NCBI RefSeq assembly: GCF_964355755.1 | Contig: NC_092676.1 | Location: 10,083,888 to 10,147,887 of the forward strand | Direction of reading: 5' to 3' | DNA from: Antedon mediterranea | Lineage: Eukaryota; Animalia; Echinodermata | DNA length: 64,000 nt | Shown here: positions 25,021 through 36,599 of the stretch, piece after piece | Numbering within the stretch: the first letter of the stretch is position 1 | Layout: each line of letters starts with the position of its first letter | Translations under genes and position numbers: made by a program | The notes under the pieces: model-generated | What the model saw: the letters and a program-made list of their open reading frames with translations, nothing else | What the model was told of the DNA's origin: nothing | Database searches by the model: none

Positions 25021-28000
25021 TATCATGATTTCTTAGATGTTCTCCTATGATAACTTTCATTAATGCGTTGACAAAGGTGCCGACAAGTATAGACGACATA
25101 GCTGGCATTCACACATACAAATTGTACACGACAGATTTCACCTATCTTCCTGCAAGTGAACACTAGAATTGTTTTATATTTTAACTTACAACTAAGTTGC
25201 CTGAGTTGTTTAGTTACAGTGTTAGAGAACTTTTGGTCTTTAAAAGGCAGAACAATTTTAATAGGAGACTGTTCAATACTATCATTACTTGTATAATAAT
25301 TCTCAACTATAGGTGCATTAACAAGGTGTATTGACAATAGAATTATTAAAATCATTAATTATTCTATTAACTAAATCAATAGAATAATTTAATCTGTCAA
25401 ACATTTTAGTAATTTCTTGAGCTTCTTCAAGAAAAATATCGTCTGATGATAATTTATATACTCGATTAAGCATGGTATAGACAAGATGTTTCTTATGTTT
25501 AATATAAAAATGGCTATCAAGTACAATCATAGTGCAAGAGCCCTTTCCCTTTGTCAGTAGGTTTTCTCTGGTTTATTATACAAATAGGTCACCGAAACAT
25601 TGAAAAATTTATTTGTTTTTCCAATTGAAAGCATATCAAGTAGTATCAATCGACAAACCATACTGCACATTAAACCAATTTTGAATGCTTTGGTATTGAT
25701 ATCCAATCCACTCAACTTTTAAAAAGTGAGACAACATCATATGAAACTAGTAGATCATTGGACCTAAAGGATTTTGAGCGAATTGTTTTAGTAAAATAAA
25801 AAATGTCAGACATTGTAAAGTCATTGCTTGATAATGGTTTCAGTTTTTCATCCAACCATTGTGCTAATGTATAGTTTATGTTCCGGTTTATGATAATAAT
25901 ATAAGCTTTATATAGATAAAGTTTCTTTGTTTGTTTTTGGGAGACCATATAGTGAGAGATACGATACTATGATATAGCGATACTTGTTTTTCTTTCACTA
26001 TCGGTGAAGAAGATATGTATCCATGAAAATGCTTTTTAAAATAGACCTTGAAATAATATTGCTTTATCTATTTTTTTTAATCGTTATTTTAGACAATGAA
26101 AGTCCACCATTTGTCTGTCCAAGTAACTTTTCCAATTATCACGATTATATATTTGGGTTTCATCGCCTCGTCACCGACTATGGTCGTCCATACGCAACGT
26201 TCATTTGGTATCCTCCGGACGTGGATGATAACAGTGAAGGCCTAGTTACTTGGGAAAGCTATCCATATCATTCCGGTGACAAGATTCCGATACGCGAGTT
26301 TCCGCCGTATACTGTACAAATGACTGCAACTGATCTGTTTGGAAATAACAGGTCCTCTTACGTATACTTTACAGTTATAGGTAAGTACAGTTTATGGATG
26401 ACAATTAAACTAATTTGTTGAAGAAGACTAGGCACACGGTTACGATTTTTTCTTTATTTTTTTCTATTTCTTGTTTATTATATTTTAGATATTGAACGAC
26501 CGAATATTACTTGTCCATCAAACATAACAAATTACTACGATACATACTTTGGCATTGTCAGAGCGGTAACTGATCCAGGTTCCAACACAAGTTCCGTCAC
26601 TTGGGAAGATCCTACAGTTGATGACAACAGTGGAGGTCGTCTGATAGTGAAGTCGTCATACAAGTCTGGTGATACGTTTGCGCCAAAATTCTACCCCCCT
26701 TATGAAGTAGAGTTTACGGCCGAAGACAAAGCCGGAAATATGAATTCCTGCAAACTATACTTTCTTATCACAGGCAAGTCATCTCCAAATTAACGGATCG
26801 GACTGAGAAAATAAATAAAACTTGTAGTGTTGCATATACAATGAAAATGAATCCTGTATGCACACACAAGTATATCATTATTTCAGTACATATTGTTGTT
26901 TATTATTATGATTATTGTCTGTTTGTTCCAGATAGGGGCCTACAGTTACAATGTTGTGATGGCCGTATTTTGTTTATATTTTACCATTTGTTGAAATAGG
27001 GCCATCTTAATTATTGTCAGCACTTGATTTCCGATTTCTGAGTTCAATTCTTTTGTTTTATTTTACCATTTTTTTTAATACAACCACCGTACCCTTCAAT
27101 TCTTTCTCAAAAGTTACTAATTTTTTAGTCAACTTACTTTTATTCACCCTACACAATCCATGCGCTTTCAGATGAAGAGCATCGAGCAGCTTAATATCTT
27201 GTTTTTATGTCAGCAATTTAATTTACAATACATATAGTATAGGCGCGGACGTATGTAATATCTGATTGCCCTAGTTATATATAAAAAATAAATAAAAAAC
27301 TTTCTATATGTTAGATGGTATTGAATAGTGTCAGATACAAATAATACATTTTTTATACAAAATTGTAACTTTTTGTAAGAAACAGAAAAAGTATTAAAAA
27401 AATCAATATCTAAACAATAGTTCTACCATTATAATAATATGTAGTGTTTTTGTATAATCTAAATACTCATCTAAGACATATGATAATTGTATTATTAGAG
27501 TAGTGTTATTAGTTGATTAAATATTTTATAAATTCATTTATTTTCTTATTCAGTATAATTGTGTACACTATATACAAAATTGTATGTACAAATCCGATAA
27601 CTAAAACCTGAATTAGTGTGGTATAAAGAATGTTATACGATGGTGTTAACAATTGGACGCCAAAACTGACTTCATGCCAATTTAATAGTACGCAGGGGCT
27701 GTTTTCGGATCTGTGTGTAGATCTTGATCCAGTTACGCAAAAACGTCTACTATGTTGACAATACCTCAAGACGTCTTTTTTTTAATATGCGCATGCGCAT
27801 ATTACTGTTCGCTTACCTGATTTGTAGTAAGATGCATTTTAGTTAAATTAAAAGAACACGAAATACATTTACCAGACACTACAATGTCAACACAAACGAT
27901 ATTAGAAAAATTCAGAAATGATGATAAAGCTGAAGAAAAAATGCTTTCTACAGTCAGCACAACCTGCAACATTATCAGTAAATTAACCCCTTCGTCATCA

Positions 28001-30104
28001 GTAATACTATCATCGAAAGTATCACTATTGACACTATCATCAACATTATCATTATCGTCATCATCATTGTCGTCATCACCGACGTGGCCATCATCATCAT
28101 TTTCATCACAATTTCCAACACAACTTTCTTTTAGACCAACAGCTTTACAGTTACAATCAATTTTATTGTCGCCAACACCATTTGAATCACCAACACCATT
28201 TTCATCAAAACTTTCCTTTATACCAACAGTTTCACAATTGCCATCAACTTCATTGTCACCAACGCCACTTTCATCTCCACTTTCTTTTAGACCAACAGTT
28301 TCACAATTGCCCTCATCTTCATTATCATCAACACCATTTCCATCACATCTTTCTTTTAGACCAACAGTATCACAATTGCCATCAACTTCATTATCACCAA
28401 CGTTTTCCTTAAAACCATCTTCATCAAAAACCCAAACATCACTATCAGATCTACAACCTAAAACAGCTTTAGAAAACACAACATTATCAGCTTCGTCATC
28501 TCCATTATCGACGTTGCTAAAACGGCAATCGTACACATTGATTCCTCCACCACTCTCACCTGCACTCATTTACAATCATTGGCATCCTCATCATCAAAAT
28601 CCTCATCTCCCTACTCGCCACTGACATCATCGTTGCTAATAAATTTATTTCCAACAACCGCTGCGGTCATGGAAAGCACTCATACAGTTGCTGAAGGAAC
28701 TGTGACCCCAAAAGATCAAAATTCCACTGACAATAAGCAGTTCATAGTTTCCACTGAACAGCTACAAAAGGTATCCGTTACCTGAACGCCAACCAGTTCA
28801 GATGTTTATTGTTCGGAATATTGCAAAATTGCCAACTGACCAGCCAACGCTATTTAAAGAAGTGCCACAATACATTACTAGCCAAATGTTTACGGTGTCC
28901 GGACCGAGGATAGAGAATAAAGATGACTGTCTTAAAAAGTCAAACATTGGTAAATATAGTTTAGGCTGCGATCTATCAATTCTGCGCCTCATCAATAATA
29001 TTCATACGCAATATATCCTTTAAAACTTTTTTTCAGGTAAGGTTGTTCCTAAGTTACTAATCGTGTCTGTAAGTCTAATGGTTGTGGCCTTCATCGTCTT
29101 CACAATTGCATTTTTAATGATCAAAAAGAGGATATTTGAGAAACGCTCTTTCCATTCTAATCAGCACGTAAGTCGTTTGCAAGCACACAATACAATTATC
29201 ACATAGCACGAAATGCGACGTTTAGCCTAGGTTTGCTTTATTATGATTATTTGAATTTTCCATCAAATATTACTTAGAATGTTTGCAAACCAAGTATGTT
29301 TGTATACAAATATACCATAAAAATTGGTATGTTGGCGACGTCACAAAACATTGTATTTGGTTTAATCTGCAGAACAAAAACAGATGCAATGAAGTTCCCT
29401 CAGTTATTTGTGACTCACGACCATTGAACAAAGATGTACATACATTTAAAAAAGAGGGTGGTATTCATAACTGTGGATATACGAATGATAGCAGAATGTG
29501 AAATCGTATAAAGGCACCGCCGAAATTCTGAATTACAGTATCAAGTTGAGGCAGTAACGGGAATCGAAACTAGAAAACATTTACTGTGGCTAAGTTAGTT
29601 TTCAGCCGGTTCTTCTTTCTGGAACATTTTAAACTTCTACTAGTTATTCTGATTTCCTTCAAACTCGGTACTACCTATCATTTATGTGGTGAACATAACT
29701 TAGGGTAAATGATTACTCCCACAAATAACATAGTACAGTTTTGCCCTTCGAGCATATGTATTGTTATGGTACTGTGTCTTTGGTTTGTTGAATTAGGATC
29801 AGAAGTGTGAGTAATTTAATATTTTTTGTCGGATAGAGGTGATATACTAAAACTTATATACTTATATGGATTTGAGCGTCCCTGTCCCTGATGAGCTCCA
29901 GGGATCCCCTGACCCGAGGGGAGAGTACCCGTCAGGGTCCCACCCTGGGTTACCGTCAGCTTGATCACCAGTACAATTTAAATATTTTTACGTTTTTAAA
30001 TAATAGTAAGTGTTAAGAAATAGCTCTTATTCTCAAGGTTATATAAGTCAATAAAAAAAATAAAAATATATAGCATGCTATAAACGAGTACATATAAAAG
30101 ATAC

Positions 30105-30181
30105 TAAGTATCCGTCAATGACGTAGGTCGTTTGATGTCACCGTCGATACGTATCCATCCGTTACATTAATTAATCCATTG
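30105..30181. mobile_element. Remnant related to the right TIR of the P-like element
   Basis: tcgtttgatgtcaccgtcgat...taatccat matches 18651-18698. Confidence 0.5.
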
Positions 30182-30781
30182 TCCGAAAGAGTTCCCATAT
30201 CTCGAAAACTGCTAATATAATATAATGCTATAAGGTCTTTTTATTGTTTTATATTAGAGCAAAACAAAATATATATGAATAAATGAGTAAGAAAATCATC
30301 TCTCTCTGACTAGTAGTTTTTGAGATATGATAACCCTGTAATTGTACCCTAATTTGCATATTTAAGCTAATTTTGCATCTCATCGGGATGAGTGACAGAT
30401 GTGTGATGCTCAAATTTTGATCTCCTCATCATATAAGACCAGAGAAAAATATGTTTGCAATTTGTTTTACTTGTGGCTGTTTAGCCTAATACTATCTATA
30501 TACAGTGTAGCATAGGTGAAATTACGGGACCCACATAATTTTATATTTTTTTTGGTATAATGACGTTATCAAACATGATCATAACAGAAGATAAGCAAAA
30601 AGGTATAAGATTTGGAAGAAATATCTTTTCTGGCTGTTTACTTTATCGTTTTGATTTAGCTTTTTGCTTTTTATTTTTGTATCTCCATTGAGATCCAGCC
30701 ACTGATACCCACAGCATTGTCATTTTTTTCAGTAATTTGCCTTTGGATTTATATATATATAATATAAATAATATTTAAGTT

Positions 30782-33575
30782 CACACTGAGGTCTTGGAAC
30801 AACGAGATCACCCCTGGAAAGTTGCCGGGTAGCCATTCTTCCATTGGCAGTAATTCTGGCAAGCCCACGGCAGATGTTAGTTGGGGCGAGATTGTTAGAG
30901 GCTCGATAGGCAAGACAGCCCATTTGATAGTCAGCACGTTGAGAAACGGTAAGAGTAGAAATGGTGTTAACAAGTTGACGGGAAGGAGTAGTGTAAGGAA
31001 CTTGGAGAATAGTTCGGAGAGCTCTATTTTGAAGTTTCTGAATCTTAGAGATGTGACTAGGCCTTGAACCCCACATCGTGATGCAGTAATCGATGTGGGG
31101 TAAGAATAAAGAGTTGTAAAGAAGAAGGGCAGTGGAAAAAATAAGGAAACATCTAGTGCGGGAAAGAAGGAAAATAGAAGAGTTAAGTTTATTGCAAAGG
31201 TGGGAGATATGGTTGTTCCAGGTAAGGGTGTTGTCGATAAATACTCCAAGGTGCTTAACGCAAGTGACATTTTCGATGGGCTGGTGATTGACAGTGAGTT
31301 TAATGTAAGTTTTTGTAATGTTCCAATGAGCATAGACTTAGTTTTTTTGACGTTGATATATAATTTGTCAGCAGATAGCCAGGAGTAGAGATGGTTTAAG
31401 TTGGTATTAAGGTTTTGTTGAAAAGGGGCGGAGGACTTGTTAGCAGTGAAAATAATAGTGTCGTCAGCAAACATATTAGCAGAGCAAGTATTATTTAAGC
31501 AGTTAGGGAGATCATTGATATAAATAGAAAAGAGAAGAGGACCAAGAATAGTACCTTGAGGGATACCAGTATAAATAGAAAGAAGAGAAGAGACAGAAGA
31601 GTTGAAGGAAACACGTTGGAAGCGAGAAGAAAAGTAAGAATCGAACCAAAGGATAGTATTGGGGGAAAGGCCAAAAAAGGAAGATTATTAAGGAGGATAG
31701 AGTGGTTGATGGTGTCGAAGGCCTTGCGAAGGTCGATGAAGACGGTGCCGATAAGGTTTCCATGATCGATGTGTTGAAGCCAGGTGTCATGGGTATTAAT
31801 AAGGGCGGTAAGGGTAGAGTGGCCGGGTCGAAAACCAGATTGTTGGTCAGAAAGAAGATAGTTGAGAATGGATAGCTTTTTCGAGAATTTTAGAGCAGAT
31901 GGGAAGAACAGAAATAGGACGGTAGTTGGAGAGTTCGTTTTTGGACTTAAAAAGAAGATAAACATGAGAAATTTTCCAGAGAGAGGGAAAGGTGGAAGAC
32001 GTAACAGACAGATTGAGAATGTAGGTAAGAGGACGTGCAATAACAGGAGCTGTGAGCCTAAGGAGCCTGCCATCAATCCCGTCCGGGCCAGCAGACTTGC
32101 CGGGAATGATATTCGAGAGTTCGGACAAAACGTGCTCTTCTTTAATTTCCTGGAAGTTAAAATCCCGAAGATTCGTTTGATTAGTGTATACACATGGATC
32201 GATATTTTCGTTAGTGTCAGGGCCAAGACCAGAAGCTACATTAATAAAGAAATTATTGAATGCATTAGCAATAAGTGTAGTATCAGAGACATTATTGCTA
32301 TTGATAATAAAGTTCCCTGAAATATTGGTAGACTTATTTGAAGGTAAAATGTCCTTTAATCCTTTCCACAACTTCTTTGGATTTCCTGAATGCTGTTGTA
32401 TATGCTTCAAATGGTAGTCGGCTTTAGCTTCACGGCATATTTTAGTGACTTTATTTTTCATTTTACGGAATTTATTAAAATCTCCTTCAGCCTTAGTTCT
32501 CATAGCTTTAGCCTTCAGGTGGTCTCTTTCGTGAAATTTCTCAAAGATGTCGTGACGGTTTCTGAGCCATTTTGGAAGTGCGGATTTAAATCTGCGTGTG
32601 ACGAAGGATGCATGCTTGTTCCAAACATTTGAGAAGATTTCCGTCCATGTAGACAAAGCCGGATTAACATCAGTAATGTTTTGAAGGTGTAACCATGGTT
32701 GCTTCTGAAGGTCTGATAAAAATAAGGCGATATTAAAGTGTTTAAAATTGCGAAACGTCTTCGAAAAGTGGTTCATCTTGATATTCTTAAATCGTAAATT
32801 AGTATAAATTAGGTCACTCAATCCACAAGGTATAACGCAGGTATTCTGGTGAAATTGCGGACATGACGTTAAGATAATTTGTAAGAAATTAAACAGGTCT
32901 GTAATTTCAGTAAGACGATTTTTTTTAGATGAGTTCGTCAAAAAGTCGATGTTGAAATCACCTAGTAGGATAATGTTAGGGTAAACGAGAATCCACGAAT
33001 TCAAATTATTCTCTAAAGTATTAAAGAATTCAGCTGTTGCATTTGGTGGTCGGTAGATAGAGGATAGGAGAACAGATTTATGAGATGGAGTCCTAATGTT
33101 GACAGTTATGCACTCGATATTATTGTGTACAGGTGCAACTTCCGAGTAATCCAATGACTGATGCAAGTACATCGACACTCCTCCACCTTTCTTAGTTCTG
33201 TCTTTTCTTATCAAGTTATAATTAGGAATGCGTAGTTCATTGTTGGATATATTTGGACAGAGTTTAGTTTCTGAAAGTGTTAGAACATGTAATGCTTTAT
33301 CTAATATTAAGAATGATATTAGATCTCGTTTACTCAGCAGGCTGTTGACGTTCGAGTGACTGATGCGCAAACCTGCATGATGTTTCGTGTCAGTATCAAC
33401 AGCATTAGTCGCATTAACATGAACGTCATTATGGTTTTGGTTGTTTGTAGGTCCTGGGTTCAATTCGATGTCTCCATGTTCAAGTAATGTAAGGTGAAAA
33501 GTAATGTAAGGTGAAAAGTAGCGTCACAATTTGCATAAAAATGTATAGGACAAGACCCAAACATAAACCAAATAT
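30782..33575 (-). mobile_element. CR1-group (Crack/L2-like) LINE ORF2 with N-terminal 2A-like peptide, APE and RT; frameshifted, 3' truncated
   Basis: ORFs 31847-33463, 31495-32226, 30749-31474 and 30729-31076. APE motifs LTLSETKL, IYRPP and LLGDFNID; RT motifs NYRPISVLP, QSGFR, FIDLRKAFD and MFADD; GDIELNPGP at 33475-33449. Confidence 0.9.
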
Positions 33576-33635
33576 AAAATAAGATTACCCTTCCTTTCAT
33601 TTTAAGTTTCTACAAATATAAATGTGTAATATTTA

Positions 33636-35135
33636 CTTGGTATTTACAGCTTCCAACTCTTTCTGTATATCTTTCTTTTGACACTTTCTTGACCTCCTCA
33701 CTTTTGTTTTTAAACTCTTCCATCATTCTAAAATAAAAATAAAAATGTTGGATATTATCAAATCAAAAGGTTAGCCTTCCTTTAATTTTAAAAATATCTA
33801 CAAATAAAAATGTTCAATGCTTACATCGCATTTACAGCTCTTTCTGTAAATCTTTCTTTTGACACTTTCTTGATTTCCCCCTCAGTATTTTTAAACTCTT
33901 CCATCATTCTTTTTTTTAAATCATCTATGATCTCTTCACTTTCTTCACATTTCTCATTTAAGCTAAATGGCAATTTAAGATCATGGTAAATGCGTTGAAT
34001 TATATTAAATTTTAAAATTACGTAATTAATGGTTACTGTAGCTGTACTTTAATATTAAAATGTGTTACAAATAAAAACTTTTCAATACTTACTTGGAATT
34101 CATAGCTTCTACACGTTTCAACTCTATCTGTAATTCTTTCTTTTCACTTGACACTTTCTTTACCTCCTCACTTTTGTTGTTAAACTCTTCCATCATTCTG
34201 AAAAGAACAAATTAGGATATGTTGAAATATTTATCAGATCAATATTTTGGTTAGCTTAATAAATGGTGTCTCTGTTACTATTAAAGTTTGTTAAAAATAA
34301 AATGTTTTAATACTTTTAATAATTCATAGCTTCTACGCGTTCCAACTCTTTCTGTATTTTCTTTTCACTTGACACTTTCTTCACCTTCTCACTTTTGTTT
34401 TTAAACTCTTCCATTATTCTTAAATTAGAATAAAAAGGTTGGATGTGTTGAAATATGAAGAAATTGTGATAAAAACGAAATTTGCTAACGGTGAATAAAT
34501 AACAATACTTACTGTGTGTGTGTAGCATTACGTGATGCTTTCTCCTCATGTAATAGTTTCTCTAGCTCTACATTTCTGTTCTTAACTTCTTCCAGTACCT
34601 TTTCACTTGGCTTTTTTCTATACAAGTTATAATATAGTAGTTAATATTACAAGAACACAACATTGTAAATGTTTTGTTCCCATTGGCTACTTTTTATCTT
34701 GCCCATACTTTTCTTTCAACTTCTCTGCTTCTATTTCAATAACTTCCGTATTGTTTCTCTCATGACCCAAAGCATTCTCAACATGACAAAAGAATGTGCC
34801 CATGATCTGATAATTTTTTCAAAGATAAATGAATGAAAGAAATGTATGTATAGATGATAAAATGAAATGTTGATGAATTTATTGGGCTAAAATAGTAAAA
34901 ATAACAATGTAAAGCTAAGGTAGAACTTTAAAAATCTTCAACAATAATATGTTATTATTACAAGTAATTTAACTTCCCACTTTACTGCCTTCCATTGTCC
35001 GCATAAATACCCAATCACCCGGTTCAACAATATTTAATTTCGATGCTAAAAGTGGAACATCTGGTTGAAATGATCCTGTTACAAGCTTCTTCCTCAACTC
35101 ACTCATTCCTGCTGTATGCAGTTGCCGATGAAAAC
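33636..35135 (-). pseudogene. Relic multi-exon gene with tandemly duplicated phase-2 coiled-coil exons
   Basis: Exon-like units at ~33636-33728, 33823-33960, 34092-34198 and 34318-34400 encode variants of MMEEFKNKSEEVKKVSSEKKIQKELERVEAMN; a divergent coiled-coil exon lies at 34513-34617. Most have AG/GTAAGT borders, some mutated. Upstream exon-like blocks at ~34680-34808 and ~34978-35130. Confidence 0.55.
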
Positions 35136-35624
35136 TACTTTAAATATATCCATACATTTTTATTTGATTAATTTAATTTTAGAATAAATCTAGGCCTAGG
35201 CTAGGGCCTAGTTAAGTACATGTAACATCCTATTAGCTAGGCCTACTCATGTTGGAAAAAATTGAATATCCTGGGGGAGGGTGTGGATCCAAATATTTTC
35301 TAAGGGGGCTTCAACCATAGACATAATTCTTTTTTTAGGGGTGCAGCACTACGTATTAGGCCTATATGACTTTTAACAAATCGTGTTTGTACGTGTTAAA
35401 TACATTAAAAGTAATATCCAGGATTTTGAATTGGGGCCACCACAGGTAGGCCTATACTGTAGGAAAATTTTGGGAATATGAACCCCTATCCTATCCTATT
35501 GCTCCATACCTAGAAAAAAATCTAGATATGGTTACTTATTTTTATATCTATAGGCCTACTACTTGATTTTTCAACCAATAAATTACCGAATTTATTTTAT
35601 TACGTGTAATGTAACTTGTAATTT

Positions 35625-36292
35625 TTCGTCGATACAACGTTGAAATCGTGACGTTTAACCCAACTTTATTCCAACGTTTCAATTACGTCGTTGCTCGACG
35701 TCGATTAACCTTTCAAATCCAAGTTCATTTCAACATTGTATCGACGTCGTGACTGGACGTCGAAGTAACATTATATCCGACTTTGACACAACGTCAAACA
35801 GATGACGTCGACAACTTAAACCCAACATTTTATCAACGTCGTGACTGGACGTCGATTTGACGTACGTTGATATCCGACGTTGAAAACTGACGTCGGTTTA
35901 CCTTTCAAATCCAACTACAATTCAACGTTGTATTGACGTTGCGACTGGACGTCGATGTAACGTTTATATCTGACGCTGACACAACGTCAAAATATGACGT
36001 CGAGTCACCTTTCAAATTCAAATAAAAGCCTACGTGTCATTGACGTCGTGGGTGGACATCTATTTGACGTCGATTTCCGACGTTGACATAACGTCACAAA
36101 GCTAAGATGACGTCGATTCACCTTTAAAATCCAACTACAATTCAATGTTGTATCGACGTCGTAATTGGACGTCAATGTAACGTTGATATCCGACGTTGAT
36201 ACAACGTTGGCATAATGACGTCGATGATCCAACTTTCATATCAAGCGTCTATTCAACGGCGTGTCAATCCAACGTATTTTGCCCACTTGGAA
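35625..36292 (-). mobile_element. CpG-rich (GACGTC/AACGTT) element with ~120-bp tandem subunits, possibly a non-autonomous IS3EU-like DNA transposon
   Basis: Repeated caacgttgtatcgacgtcgtgactggacgtcga units; terminus ccaagtgggcaaaatacgttg. The superfamily call is tentative. Confidence 0.5.
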
Positions 36293-36599
36293 GGATGAAG
36301 AAGAACTGACTGTAAAGATGAATTTTTTTTTAAATGCGCATGGATCAATGAAAAATAGCGCCCGATCATTCCCCATTAAATCAACAATTCAGCGCAGCTC
36401 GTGGATTTTTACTTTGACATATGAAACGAAAGTACCAGCTCTATGGTTAGTACGTTGTTTTTCAATAAGTTGTTCACCTTTTCGCGTTTCCCAGCAACAT
36501 CACTAGCGCATTGGGTTTCAGTTATAAAATTATTGTGAAGTTAAGTTGGAAAGAATGCGATTTTTATCTATGTTCAATTTATATGTAGAAGACTTATTT

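Larger units (their letters stand above)
22960..25900 (-). mobile_element. Penelope-like retroelement (RT + GIY-YIG), degenerate, split by a LINE insertion
   Basis: Minus-strand pieces LAQWLDEKLKPL, LVSYDVVSLF, LVYTMLNRVYKLSS, PFKDQK and GIY-YIG-like CVNASYVVYTCRHLCQRINE (25020-25900). The C-terminal KCKSKFDCL..KPSL resumes at ~23150-23245. Confidence 0.72.
16708..29501 (+). pseudogene. Type I membrane protein: signal peptide, SRCR, 5x HYR, Ser/Thr/Pro mucin stalk, TM, short tail; disrupted
   Basis: Signal exon 16708-16776 with an 11-bp duplication. SRCR exon ~17184-17394 + 18706-18803 (VRLVDG..EGRVE..WGTICDDGW..HDCGHGEDASVIC). HYR exons 20020-20307, 20545-20829, 21309-21596, 26093-26380 and 26489-26773, all phase 1. 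Mucin exon 27876-28949 with frameshifts/stops. TM exon 29037-29167 (LLIVSVSLMVVAFIVFTIAFLMIKKR). Tail exon 29373-29501. Confidence 0.82.

Noticed and set aside
27802-28569. 255-aa acidic D/N/G-rich ORF on minus strand and His-rich ORF 28182-28412
   Set aside because: Antisense and alternate-frame shadows of the Ser/Thr/Pro mucin exon, which has proper splice sites on +.
30822-32632. Plus-strand ORFs opposite the CR1/Crack LINE
   Set aside because: Antisense shadows with no independent motifs.
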